DNA from: an uncultured delta proteobacterium
GTDB lineage: Bacteria; Myxococcota_A; Polyangia; Polyangiales; Polyangiaceae
NCBI GenBank assembly: GCA_963782055.1
Contig: CAWAIF010000003.1
Location: 5,536,001-5,600,000 of the forward strand
DNA: 64,000 bases
Direction of reading: 5' to 3'
Positions within the stretch are counted from its first letter, which is position 1; the number at the start of each line of letters is the position of its first letter. Below, one piece after another: positions 34,445 through 44,597 of the stretch. Under the pieces are notes generated by a model. It saw only the letters and a program-made list of their open reading frames with translations. It ran no database searches and was not told the origin of the DNA. The position numbers and the translations under genes were made by a program.

Positions 34445-37400
34445 TCACCCGCCGTCGCCGCCCCGCGCGCTCTCCCCGGACGGGAGAGAGGACGAGGCCA
34501 GGGCGAGGAGGCGGGCGTTGGCGTCGGCGCGCAGGAAGAGATCGCGCTCTCGCGGGGGGAGGCGGGCGGCGCGGGACAGCAGGCGTGCCCGCGCCGGCTC
34601 CAGGAGCGCGCGGGCGCGAGCCTCGCGGCCTGTGGCCAGAGCGGCGCGCGCGCCCGCGAGGACAATCTCCGACTCGCCGGCGTCGGTGCCCCCTAGCTGC
34701 TCGAAGATGGCGACGGCCTCGTCGGCCGCGACGCTTCCACCGGCGACGTCGCCCGCGTCCAGACGCGCGGTGCCGAGCAAGGCGAGCGCGTAAGCGCGCA
34801 GGGGTGGGGTGGAGTCGAGCACCTCGATCGCCGCGCGCGCCTCCCCCTCGGCGGCGCGGAGATCTCCCGCCTTGCGCGCGGCGGAGGCCAGGTAGATGTG
34901 GCAGCCTCCCTCCATGCGGCGGTGGCCCTGCGCGGCGAAGTCGGCGCGCGCCTGCCGGAGCATGGCGATACCCTCCTCCACCTGGCCACTCTGCACGAGG
35001 GCGTAACCTACGTTCTGGCGGGCGAGCGCGGTCACGTTTCGCAGGCCGAGTCGCTCCGCCTCCGCCATGAGACGGCCTCCCTCGGCGACCGCGGCCTCGT
35101 AGTCCCCCACCTCGAGCAGACCGTTGACGATGTTGCCGCGCTGGGCGAGCGCGTTGCGGAGGTCGCCGACCTCGGCGAAGAGGGCCGCCGCGCGGGTGAT
35201 CGCGGCCAGCGCGCGCGGCACGTCGCCGGTGGCCATCGCGTGCAGGCCGCTGCTTCGGAAGAAGCGCGCGAGCACCTGGGGGTTGCGCGCGCCCAGCGTC
35301 GTGGCCTGCAGCTCGATGGAGTCCAGGATCTCCCGCGCGAGCGGGGCGTTGCCCTGGAGCGGGAGGAACCCAGCGACGACGCAGAGCGCGACGACCTTCG
35401 CCTCCAGCGCGGCGCCTTCCACCGGGGCATCGCGTATGCGCGCGGTCAGCTCCAGCACGCCCGCGGCGTCGCCGAGGCGCGAGAGCGCGGCGCCCGCGTA
35501 GCCGCCCGCGCGGAACCAGCCCTCGGAGGAGGCGGGCAGCGCGTCCATCGCCCAGCGGGCGCGCTCGGCGCAGCCGGCGAGGTCTCCCATCCAGAAGCAC
35601 GTCTCGGCGACCACGACCTCCAGGTCGCCGCGCAGCGCGCCCTCGGCGCCGCAGCGGAGCGCGAGGGCTGCGCGGTCCTTCACGCCCTGGAAGTCCACGC
35701 CCTCCAGCGCCTGCGCGGCGGCGCGGACGTAGGCGCGGGCCGCCACCGCGAGCAGGCCGCCGAGCTCGGCGTGGGTGGCGACGAGCATGGCGTCGGGGGA
35801 GCGGCGCTCCGAGAGCCAGTCGACGGCGAGGCGATGCCCGAGGGCGCGGTCCTCCGCGGTGAGGGTGGCGTAGGCGGCGTCGCGCAGCAGCGTGTGGAGA
35901 AAGGCGAACTCGGGATCGGCGTCGGCGCCGGGCTGGCTGGGCGACGCCGTGCCCGGCGCCACGAGCACCTCGCGACCGACGAGATCGTCCAGGTGCGCGC
36001 GGACGCCGCGGCGATCGGCGGACCCGAGCAGGGCGCACACACCCGACAGGACGAAGCGCTGGCCGAGCACGCTCGCCGCGCGCAGCACGTGGCGCTGCTC
36101 GGCCGGCAGCGTGTCCAGACGAGCACCCAGCGCCGCGAGCACCGTACCGGAGCTGGCGTCCGGTGCCCGGCCCTCCTTCACGCCGCGCGCGGTCTCCTCC
36201 AGGAAGAGCGGGTTGCCGCGCCCCACCTCCAGCACCTGCCGCACGACCTCGTCCCCGGCGTCGGCGCCCAGACGCTGCCGGACGAGGCGCTCGCTCGCGC
36301 GCGGCGCGAGGGGGCCGAGCGCGATGCGCGTGACCGCGCGGCCCTCGAAGGCGCCGGGGAGCCTGTCGTCCACCTCCGGCCGCGCGAGCGCCAGGACGAA
36401 GGTGGGGCTCGACTCCAGATCGCGCAGCGCGCCGTCCAGGAGCTTCATGCTGGCGCGATCGCACCACTGCAGGTCGTCGAGCACGATCACCAGCGGCTGG
36501 TGCGTCATCGCGCGCATGAGGTCGGTGAAGGCGCGGCGGACGTGGTCGGCCATCGTCATCGCGTCGGCGCGGGCGGCGCGCAGGGCCACGCCCGGCTCCG
36601 TGGCGGACGCGGCCCCCAGGATCTCGCCGAGGAAGTCGGCGAGGCGCGCGACGTCGTCCGGCGCGAGCTGCGCCGAGGCGAGGAAGACGTCCAGCCGCTG
36701 GCGGCGGCGCTCGGGCGAGTCGGCGAAGTCGACGCCGGCGAAGGCCCCGACGAGCTGCGAGGCCATCCCGAAGGTGGAGCCCGCCGAGAGCTCGTCGCAG
36801 CAGACCTCGCAGGTGCGTGGCGGCGGCGCCATCGCGCCGAAGCGGAGGAGGATCTCGCTCGCGAGGCGCGTCTTGCCGGTGCCGGGCGGCGCGGTGACGA
36901 GCGCGACGCGCACCTCCCCCTCGCCGACCGACTCCTCGCGCGCGGCGAGCAGCGCGGCCAGCTCGCGGTCGCGTCCGAGCATGGTGGACGACGCGCGCCG
37001 GGGCCCGCTCGTGGGCTCGGCGTCCACCCGCGCGAGCTCGCCGCGGCGAGTCACGGCCACGCGCACGCCTCCAAGGTCGACGGTGAGGGGGTCGACGAAG
37101 ACGCCTGTCTCCCCCGCCTGCAGGCAGCGCCGGGCGAGCGCGGCGGCGGCATCCACGGCCTCGCCGAAGGGCATGCGACCGCGGAGACGTCCCAGCCCCG
37201 ACGCGACCACCACGCGGGGCAGCGACGCGGCGCGGCGGAGCTGGAGCGCGGCGCGCACCGCACGCGACACGCGGTCGGCGGCGCTCCCCTCCCCGCCCGC
37301 GCTGCCGACGATCGAGCCGTCCGCCAGGCGCTCCAGCACGACGCCGAAGCTCTCCTCGAACGTGTCCAGACGGATCGGCTGGTCCTCCAGCGCGAGCGTC

Positions 37401-38329
37401 TCGCCCATCGGGTCGGGGGCGTCGTCGCGCGCGGCGAGGATCACGTGGACCATGCGCTGCTCGTCGGAGGTGAGCGACGGCGCGGCGGTCGCCCGCACCG
37501 AGCCCGTCCCCTCCAGCGAGCACGCGGCGAGGAGCGCCGCGGCGGTCGTGCCGTCCGCGGGGCGCTCCTCCGGCGCCTTGGCCAGCAGACGGTCGCAGAG
37601 CTCGTCGACGGCGACGGGGACCCCGGGGACGAGCGCGCGCAGGCGCGGCGGCGCCTCCAGGAGGATCTTCGCGAGCACCGCCACCGCGTGCTCGCCGACG
37701 AACGGCGCACGGCCGGCGAGGCACTCGAACAGGACGCAGCCCAGCGAGTAGACGTCGGCGCGCGCGTCGACCGCGCGCGAGCCGCGGGCCTGCTCCGGTG
37801 CCATGTACCCCGGCGTGCCGACCACCAGCCCCGTGCGCGTGCGGCGCGGCGCGCCGGCCTGCAAGGCGACGCCGAAGTCGACCAGCACCGGGCGCGACAC
37901 GTCGCCGCCCTCCAGCAGGATGTTGCTCGGCTTGACGTCGCGGTGAACGATGCCGAGCGCGTGCGCGGTGCCGAGCGCCTCGGCGACGCGCGTCGCGAGG
38001 GCGATCGCCTCCGCGGGGCCGAGCGCGCCTCGAGTGAGCCGCCACGAGAGGTCCTCGCCCTCGACCCACTGCATGACGAGGAACAGGTCCCCGGAGGAGG
38101 CCACGCCGTGCGCGAAGTACCGAACGATGGCGGGGTGACGCAGCTCGCCGAGCACCTTCGCCTCGCGGAGGAAGCGCTCGGTGTGGCCGGGCGTCGGCTC
38201 GAGCAGCACCTTGACCGCCACAGGCGCGCCGGTGATCCGGTCCCTGGCACGGAACACCAGGCCCATCCCCCCTTCGGCCACGGGCGCGACGATCTCGAAG
38301 CGGTCTTCGATGACGTCACCGGGCCGCAT
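34445..38329 (-). CDS. Ser/Thr kinase - degenerate cyclase-like region - AAA/STAND ATPase - TPR protein
   Basis: VAVK, HRDVKPSN, DFG, GTPGYMAPE; Walker A APPGTGKT; LDDLQWCD; GNPLFLEE; helical repeats. Confidence 0.92.
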   Translation of the reverse strand: MRPGDVIEDRFEIVAPVAEGGMGLVFRARDRITGAPVAVKVLLEPTPGHTERFLREAKVLGELRHPAIVRYFAHGVASSGDLFLVMQWVEGEDLSWRLTRGALGPAEAIALATRVAEALGTAHALGIVHRDVKPSNILLEGGDVSRPVLVDFGVALQAGAPRRTRTGLVVGTPGYMAPEQARGSRAVDARADVYSLGCVLFECLAGRAPFVGEHAVAVLAKILLEAPPRLRALVPGVPVAVDELCDRLLAKAPEERPADGTTAAALLAACSLEGTGSVRATAAPSLTSDEQRMVHVILAARDDAPDPMGETLALEDQPIRLDTFEESFGVVLERLADGSIVGSAGGEGSAADRVSRAVRAALQLRRAASLPRVVVASGLGRLRGRMPFGEAVDAAAALARRCLQAGETGVFVDPLTVDLGGVRVAVTRRGELARVDAEPTSGPRRASSTMLGRDRELAALLAAREESVGEGEVRVALVTAPPGTGKTRLASEILLRFGAMAPPPRTCEVCCDELSAGSTFGMASQLVGAFAGVDFADSPERRRQRLDVFLASAQLAPDDVARLADFLGEILGAASATEPGVALRAARADAMTMADHVRRAFTDLMRAMTHQPLVIVLDDLQWCDRASMKLLDGALRDLESSPTFVLALARPEVDDRLPGAFEGRAVTRIALGPLAPRASERLVRQRLGADAGDEVVRQVLEVGRGNPLFLEETARGVKEGRAPDASSGTVLAALGARLDTLPAEQRHVLRAASVLGQRFVLSGVCALLGSADRRGVRAHLDDLVGREVLVAPGTASPSQPGADADPEFAFLHTLLRDAAYATLTAEDRALGHRLAVDWLSERRSPDAMLVATHAELGGLLAVAARAYVRAAAQALEGVDFQGVKDRAALALRCGAEGALRGDLEVVVAETCFWMGDLAGCAERARWAMDALPASSEGWFRAGGYAGAALSRLGDAAGVLELTARIRDAPVEGAALEAKVVALCVVAGFLPLQGNAPLAREILDSIELQATTLGARNPQVLARFFRSSGLHAMATGDVPRALAAITRAAALFAEVGDLRNALAQRGNIVNGLLEVGDYEAAVAEGGRLMAEAERLGLRNVTALARQNVGYALVQSGQVEEGIAMLRQARADFAAQGHRRMEGGCHIYLASAARKAGDLRAAEGEARAAIEVLDSTPPLRAYALALLGTARLDAGDVAGGSVAADEAVAIFEQLGGTDAGESEIVLAGARAALATGREARARALLEPARARLLSRAARLPPRERDLFLRADANARLLALASSSLPSGESARGGDGG

Positions 38330-38371
38330 GGGGCCGATTATGCCACGACCACCGCGCGCGCAGTCACGCGG

Positions 38372-41300
38372 TCACGGCCGCGCCGTGCTCGCGCCGAGCG
38401 CGAGCAGCCGCGCGTTCTCCGGCACGGCGAAGAAGGAGCGGCGCAGGCTCTCGTCGGTGACGGTCGCGCCGCGCGTGCGCAGCCGGGCCTGGGCGTCCCG
38501 CGCGTACGCCTCCGCCCCGGGGTCGCCCGCGGCGGCCAGCACCTCGGCCCGGACGCGCCGGATGAGCCACTCGCCCGTGTCCACCGAGAGCGCCGACTCC
38601 AGGATGGCCGCCGCCTCTCCCGATCGCTCCAGCGCCATCGCCACGTCACCGCGCGCGAGCAGGACGTCGGCAAGCACCGCGAGGGCCCGCGCGCGCGTGG
38701 GCGGTACGTGGGCCAGATCGGCCGCGGCGCCGCGCGCCTCGGCGAGCGCCTCGTCCAGCTTGCCCTCGTGCAGCAGCAGCTCGGCGACGTACGACCGCAC
38801 CCCGCCCGCCAGGCGCTCGGAGCCGTGCGAGAGGAACGCCGCGTGGGCCTCGCGCTGCGCGGCGAGCGCTTCGTCCCGTTTGCCCTCGCGCGCCAGGACG
38901 ATGCCCTCGATGTGCATGGCGCCGGCGAGCGGGCCGGCCAGCGCGTAGCGCTCGGCGACGTGACGGCCGGACTCCAGCGTCTCGCGCGCGTCCAGCCCGA
39001 GGTCGAGCCGCGCGAAGGCGAGGTTGATCGTCTGCAGGCACGCGCTGCGCAGGTCGCCCGCGCGCTCGAAGGCCTCGACGCAGGCGTGCGTGCGGAGCAT
39101 GTACTCCTCCGGCAGCCCGCGCAGCCCGGCGCGCGTGGCGAGGGCCTGCTCCAGCCGCGCCTTCGCCAGCTCGGTCACGGTGAGGGACGCGGCGCGCTCG
39201 ACGAGGATGTCGGCGCGGGGGTCGCCGCGCACCATGAGCTGCAGGGCCGCGCGGCAGAAGGCGATCGCCGCGGCGGGCTCGTCGGCGGGCGACGCGGGGG
39301 ACGCGGCGAGCAGCGCGCCGACGACGCGCTCGAAGCCCTCGTTGTCGCCGGTGGCGCCGCGCGAGACCGCCCCCTCCGCCGCCGCGCGGAACCAGCGGGT
39401 GCCACCGGCGGGGAGCTCCGCCATCGCCTCGCCGGCGCGGGTGGCCGCGCGGTCGTACTCGCCGCGCCACCGGTGGGCCTCGGCGAGCACGACGAGCACG
39501 TCGCGACGCGCGGCCACGCTCACCTCGTCCTGCGCCGGCTGCCCCGCCAGCGCGCGCGTGGCGAGGTCGACGACCGCGGCGAGATCGCTGGCCTCCAGGG
39601 CGAGCGTCGCCGCCGCCGCCAGCCAGCGCGCCGCCGCGGAGGCGTCCCCGCCGCGTGCGTAATGCTCCGCCAGCACCGACGGATCGCGCTCCCCGTGCGA
39701 CTCCAGCCACGCGCCGGCCAGCGCGTGCGCCGTCCTCCGGTCGCCCTCGGTCAGCATGGCGTAGGCCGCGTCCCGGACCAGCGCGTGGCGGAACGTCCAG
39801 ACGCCGGGCTCGCGCTGCGCGAGCACCTCGCGCTCCACCAGCCAGGCACACCAGGCGTCGACGTTGTCGCGGGAGGCGCCCTCGCCGAGCAACGCCGCGG
39901 CGGCGTCCGAGCCGAACGACTGCCCGAGCACGCTGCCCGCGCGCAGCACGCGCCGCGCCTCCGGCTCCAGGCCGGCGAGGCGCGCCTCCAGCACCGCGAT
40001 GGCCGCGCCGGGCACCTCGTCACCGTCCATGGAGGAGAAGGCGCGCACGAGCTCCTCGGCGAAGAAGGGGCTGCCGCCGCTCCGCTCCACGATGGTGGCC
40101 ACGGTCTTCGGGTCGGCCGACGGCCCGAGGGCGGCGCGCACCAGCGCCGCCGTCGCCTTCGCGCCGAGCTTGGCCAGGGAGATGCTCATCGGCTGTCGCT
40201 CGGAGAGCATGCGGAAGTAGGCGTCCTTCGACTCCGGCCGGCCGACGAGCAGGACGAAGAGGGGCAGGTCGCGCGCGATGCGCAGCGCGGCGTCGATGGC
40301 GCGCACCGACGCCGCGTCCGCCCACTGCAGGTCCTCCACCAGGAGCACGAGCGGTCGGGTCGCCTGCGCGCGCACCAGGTCCTCCCACGCGCGGCGGACC
40401 TGATCGCTCATCAGCATGGGCTCGCCGCGCGCGGCGGCGAGCTGCGCGCTCGGCGAGGGAACCGGCTCCCCGGCGACCTCCGCGAGGAACTCGGCGACCC
40501 GGTCGGCGTCGTCGGGGCCGAGCGCGCCGGTGGCCAGCCGGCGAAGGGCGAGGTGGAGCGGCTCCGCAGGGGCCTCGCCCGCGCTCGCGGCCGCGCTCCT
40601 CACGACCTGCGCCAGCACCGCGAGGGCGGTGGAGGTCTGCGTGGGGTCCGCGCCGGCGATCCACACCGCGCGCGCGTCGCCCTGGATCCGCGCCAGCGTC
40701 TCCTCGCGCACCCGCGTCTTGCCGATGCCGGACGGCCCCGTGAGGATGGCGACGCGCGCGACGCTCTCGCCGGCGCTCTCGGCGAAGAGGGAGGTGATGA
40801 GGCCGATCTCCCGCTCGCGGCCGACGCACGGCGTGGCCTTGCCGAGCAGGGGCGCCGGGGGCGGCGGGGGGCCGGAGCTGCGCGCCGGCCGGCGCGGGCC
40901 GCCGTGGGCCTCGCGGACGAGCTCGAAGTCGCCCTCCGCGGTGGTGCGCAGCTCGAAGCGCTCTCCGAGCAGGCGTGCGGTGTCGGCGTCCAGGCGCACG
41001 TCGGCGCCGGGCCTCCGCGCCGCGGCGTCGATCGCGCGCATCGTCCCGGTGCCGCCACGGACGGTGGCCACCGTGCACGGCGCGCTCGCGTCGAAGCGTC
41101 GGACCGCCAGCGCGCCGCGGGCCGCGCGGAACGCGCGCTCCACCGCGCCCGACGACTCGCCGGCGAACTCGGCGATGAGGATGCCGTCGCCGACGACGTC
41201 CACCAGGCCGCCGAGCGCGCGCAGCTCCTCCAGCAGCGGCTCCGGCGCGCCGCTCACCCGGGCGACGAGCACGGTGGCCGCGCGCTGCTCGCCCACGCTG

Positions 41301-42163
41301 ACGCTGCGCTCGCCGCGACCGGTGCTGGAGGTGAGCTCGGCCTCGATGGCGGCGAGCTCGGAGGCGACCGCCGCGCCGTGGGGCGGGCGGCCCTCCGGCG
41401 CCTTGGCGAGCATCCTCCCGAGGAGGCTGTCGAGGACATCCGGGATCCCCGCGCGCCGGCTCGACGGGGGCGCCGCCTCGTCGAAGAGCACGCGCGCCAC
41501 CATCGCCACGTCGCTGTCGGCGGCGAAGGGGCGCTCGCCGGTGAGGCACTCGTAGAGCACGCACCCGAGGGAGAACACGTCCGCCCTCGCGTCCACGGCG
41601 CCCTCCCCTCGCGCCTGCTCCGGCGCCGCGTAGCCCGCGGTGCCCACCGGCCCGGTGTGCGTGCGCCCGTGCACCGCGATGCCGAAGTCGAGCACCTTGA
41701 CGCGCCCGAGGTCGCCCCCGATCAGCATCACGTTGCCCGGCGTGACGTCACGATGGACGACGCCCCACGTGTGAGCGGCCGCGAGCCCCTCGGCGACGCG
41801 ACGCGCGACCCCCACCGCCTCTGCCACGCCGAGCGGCCCTTGCTTGAGGCGCGCCCGCAGCGTCTCGCCCTCCAGCCACTCCGTGGCGAGGTACGCGCGC
41901 CCCGCCTCGTCCACACCGAACGCCACGCAGCGCACGATGGACGGGTGGGAGAGCTGCAGGAGCATCTGCCCCTCCTGCCGGAGCGCGCTACCGTCGCCCG
42001 CCTCCAGGTGGAGGATCTTGAGCGCCACCACCTCGCCGCGATCCCGGTCGGTCGCCCGGTACACGATCCCCATGCCGCCCTCGCCGGCCACCGCCTCGAT
42101 CACATAACGGCCGGCGACGACGTCGCCCGGCCCGGCCGGGAGGGAGCGGCCGCGCGGGCTCAT
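38372..42163 (-). CDS. Ser/Thr kinase - AAA/STAND ATPase - TPR protein (paralogue of the downstream gene)
   Basis: VALK, HRDVTPGN, DFG, APE; GPSGIGKT; VEDLQWAD; FRHALVRDAAY. ATG overlaps the His kinase stop. Confidence 0.9.
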   Translation of the reverse strand: MSPRGRSLPAGPGDVVAGRYVIEAVAGEGGMGIVYRATDRDRGEVVALKILHLEAGDGSALRQEGQMLLQLSHPSIVRCVAFGVDEAGRAYLATEWLEGETLRARLKQGPLGVAEAVGVARRVAEGLAAAHTWGVVHRDVTPGNVMLIGGDLGRVKVLDFGIAVHGRTHTGPVGTAGYAAPEQARGEGAVDARADVFSLGCVLYECLTGERPFAADSDVAMVARVLFDEAAPPSSRRAGIPDVLDSLLGRMLAKAPEGRPPHGAAVASELAAIEAELTSSTGRGERSVSVGEQRAATVLVARVSGAPEPLLEELRALGGLVDVVGDGILIAEFAGESSGAVERAFRAARGALAVRRFDASAPCTVATVRGGTGTMRAIDAAARRPGADVRLDADTARLLGERFELRTTAEGDFELVREAHGGPRRPARSSGPPPPPAPLLGKATPCVGREREIGLITSLFAESAGESVARVAILTGPSGIGKTRVREETLARIQGDARAVWIAGADPTQTSTALAVLAQVVRSAAASAGEAPAEPLHLALRRLATGALGPDDADRVAEFLAEVAGEPVPSPSAQLAAARGEPMLMSDQVRRAWEDLVRAQATRPLVLLVEDLQWADAASVRAIDAALRIARDLPLFVLLVGRPESKDAYFRMLSERQPMSISLAKLGAKATAALVRAALGPSADPKTVATIVERSGGSPFFAEELVRAFSSMDGDEVPGAAIAVLEARLAGLEPEARRVLRAGSVLGQSFGSDAAAALLGEGASRDNVDAWCAWLVEREVLAQREPGVWTFRHALVRDAAYAMLTEGDRRTAHALAGAWLESHGERDPSVLAEHYARGGDASAAARWLAAAATLALEASDLAAVVDLATRALAGQPAQDEVSVAARRDVLVVLAEAHRWRGEYDRAATRAGEAMAELPAGGTRWFRAAAEGAVSRGATGDNEGFERVVGALLAASPASPADEPAAAIAFCRAALQLMVRGDPRADILVERAASLTVTELAKARLEQALATRAGLRGLPEEYMLRTHACVEAFERAGDLRSACLQTINLAFARLDLGLDARETLESGRHVAERYALAGPLAGAMHIEGIVLAREGKRDEALAAQREAHAAFLSHGSERLAGGVRSYVAELLLHEGKLDEALAEARGAAADLAHVPPTRARALAVLADVLLARGDVAMALERSGEAAAILESALSVDTGEWLIRRVRAEVLAAAGDPGAEAYARDAQARLRTRGATVTDESLRRSFFAVPENARLLALGASTARP

Positions 42164-43581
42164 GACGGCGCGGGAGGCCGCATCGAGGGTCTGCGGGCGG
42201 GCATCACGATCGCGACCTCTGTTCCCTTGCCCACCTCGCTCCGGATCTCCACGTGCCCTCCGAGCGCGCTCACCAGACCGTACACGGCGCTCAGCCCCAG
42301 ACCGCTCTTCGACGCGCCCTTGTTGGAGCGCGAATAGAAGGGGTCGAAGACGCGAGCGATCTGGTCGGGCGGGATGCCGCGTCCCTCGTCGGTCACCGAG
42401 AGCACCACGCGCTCTCCCTCGTTGCGCACGCTCGCCGCGATGGTGCCGCCGCCGGGCATGGCCTCCACCGCGTTGCGGGCGATCTGGTAGAGGGCCTCCG
42501 CCAGCGCGGCGACGTGGCACTCGATGGCGCCCACCTTCGGGTCGTAGCGGCGCTCGACGATCACACCGGAGCGCGCCCGGCCGATGGCGCTCTCCAGCGC
42601 GAAGTCGAGCATGGCCGAGACATCCGCCGGCTCCAGCACGCCCTCGCTCGCCATGGCGAAGCGCCGGAGCCGGCCCACCGTCTTCTTGATGCGCAGCAGC
42701 CCACCCTCGCTGCGCTTGAGCGCGCCGCGGGCGAGCTCCACGTCGTGGTCCAGATCGCGCAGCGCCTGCTGGTTGGAGGCGCTGCTCACCGCGAGCGCGT
42801 TGTTCAGCTCGTGCGCCATCCCGCCGACGAGGACCCGCAGGGCCTCCAGCTTCTCCACCACGACGAGCTGCTCCTGCACGCGGCGCAGGCGCGCGAGCGC
42901 GGCGCTGATGCGCTCGGTGCGCATGAAGACGCGCAGGCGGCGGCGACGGCGCGAGAGGGCGAGCACGACGCACCCGGCGGCGACCGACGCGGTGACGAGG
43001 TGCAGCGGCAACGGCGCGGCGGCCGCGCCGACGAGGAGCGCGGCGTACGAGGCGAGCCCCGCCGCGACCGCCGTGCGACCGGGCGCAGGCACCACCGCCG
43101 CGAGCAGCAGGGTGAGCAGCGGAAGGACGAGCACGTACGGGCTGTAGGCACCGCCGGTGCCGCGAATGGCCACGCCCCACGCCAGCAGCGCGAGCACCGT
43201 GACCACGGTGTGCGCGGTCACGATCCCGACGAGGCTCCTGCGCGCCGCGAGGACCACCGCGACGCCGGCGCCCAGCACGACCGCCGCGCCCGCCTCCGCC
43301 GTCGTCGCGCTGCGGTCGGGCGGGAACGTGGCGAGCGCCACGTCCAGCACGGCGACGATGCCAGACAGCGCCGCGGCGACGGCGAGCGTCGGGACCACGA
43401 AGCGCACCAGCTCCGCCCGCCGCTCCGCCATGAAGCGCTTGCGCGGCCGGCCCTTCCGCAACACGTGCTCGCCGTACCGCTCGGCGCGATCGCGTAGCTC
43501 GCTCGGCGGCGGGAGCGAGAAGCTGGATCGCGGGGCGACGGCGGCGGGGTCGGCCCCGGCGCCGGTGTGGGGGCCGCTCAT
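42160..43581 (-). CDS. Membrane sensor histidine kinase
   Basis: About 6 TM; MAHELNN, NAVEA, DEGRGI, FDPFY and GLGLS. Confidence 0.92.
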   Translation of the reverse strand: MSGPHTGAGADPAAVAPRSSFSLPPPSELRDRAERYGEHVLRKGRPRKRFMAERRAELVRFVVPTLAVAAALSGIVAVLDVALATFPPDRSATTAEAGAAVVLGAGVAVVLAARRSLVGIVTAHTVVTVLALLAWGVAIRGTGGAYSPYVLVLPLLTLLLAAVVPAPGRTAVAAGLASYAALLVGAAAAPLPLHLVTASVAAGCVVLALSRRRRRLRVFMRTERISAALARLRRVQEQLVVVEKLEALRVLVGGMAHELNNALAVSSASNQQALRDLDHDVELARGALKRSEGGLLRIKKTVGRLRRFAMASEGVLEPADVSAMLDFALESAIGRARSGVIVERRYDPKVGAIECHVAALAEALYQIARNAVEAMPGGGTIAASVRNEGERVVLSVTDEGRGIPPDQIARVFDPFYSRSNKGASKSGLGLSAVYGLVSALGGHVEIRSEVGKGTEVAIVMPARRPSMRPPAPS

Positions 43582-43641
43582 TTGGAGATCATCCTAGCCC
43601 GAAAGCGCGCCGACGCGGCGACGCCCGTGGATGGGGCCGGA

Positions 43642-44535
43642 TCAGAAGGAGCCAGCCACGCCGGCGCCGAGCGGAGAGACGTACGGGCGGACGTGCAGGC
43701 CGCCGTCCATCGGCGGGGCCTTGTGCCTGGGCTCGGTCAGGAGAGTCACGACCCCCGCCGCGATGCCGACGAAGCCGGCGATCAGGGTGACGTCGGCGGC
43801 GGTGCGGGAGGTGATGCCGTCCGACCGTACGCCCGGATCCTGGAACCCCGCGTTGCCGCGCGTGTTGTACTGGCTGGCGAGGTCGATCGCGCGCACGCCG
43901 AAGAAGATGCCCAGGCCGGCGGAGACGGCGCCGGCTCCCACCAGCGAGTAGCCGACGATGCGCCGCACGTTGGTCGGGTGACGGGACGGCGCGACGGGCG
44001 CGAGGGAGAGGTCGATGCTGGCCACCTCGCCGGCCTCCACGTCCACCGTCGCCTCCGCCGGCGCGTGGTCCGCTGCCTCCGCGTGCACGTGGTGCATGCC
44101 CAGCGTCAGGCGCACGTCGGTGAAGTCTCCGGGGATGAGCGCCACGGGCTGGTCGTCGACGGTCGCGCGCGCGCCGGTGGGAACCACCCGCAGGCGGAAG
44201 GTCCCCAGGTGGGCGCGCACGCTCTCGAGCGTGCTGCGCGCGCCCTCCACCTCGTCGTCGCTGGCCTTGGGATCCTCTTCCAAGAAGCGGACCAGATCGC
44301 GCTCGGCCTGCACGTACTCGCCCGTGTGTGCGCGCGCGACGCCGAGGTCGAGCAGGATGCTCGGATGGGAGAAGAGCGCGTACGCCTGCTCGAACTCCTT
44401 CTTCGCCGCCTGGTAGTCCTGGTGCTCGAGCGCGGTGACGCCGCGACGGAAGGCGGCGCGGGAGGCCTCGCGCGGGTCGGCGCCGGCGGCGCGCGCCATC
44501 GCCGGGGCGAGCAGGAGCAGCACGACGGCTCCCAT
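43642..44535 (-). CDS. TPR + PEGA surface protein
   Basis: Signal-like MGAVVLLLLAPAMARA; TPR (EFEQAYALFSHPSIL), PEGA (PTGARATVDD), TMs and GVAGSF end. In frame with the upstream oxidoreductase in this sequence. Confidence 0.75.
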   Translation of the reverse strand: MGAVVLLLLAPAMARAAGADPREASRAAFRRGVTALEHQDYQAAKKEFEQAYALFSHPSILLDLGVARAHTGEYVQAERDLVRFLEEDPKASDDEVEGARSTLESVRAHLGTFRLRVVPTGARATVDDQPVALIPGDFTDVRLTLGMHHVHAEAADHAPAEATVDVEAGEVASIDLSLAPVAPSRHPTNVRRIVGYSLVGAGAVSAGLGIFFGVRAIDLASQYNTRGNAGFQDPGVRSDGITSRTAADVTLIAGFVGIAAGVVTLLTEPRHKAPPMDGGLHVRPYVSPLGAGVAGSF

Positions 44536-44597
44536 CCTTGTGAACGCGCGGGTGCGCACGAGAGGTCCATAGCGCATTCCGGTGCGCGCCGACGCGC

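Noticed and set aside
34898..42337. 2479-aa plus-strand ORF
   Set aside because: Antisense shadow of the two kinase-STAND genes; R/A/G-rich with no motifs, as expected in high-GC DNA.
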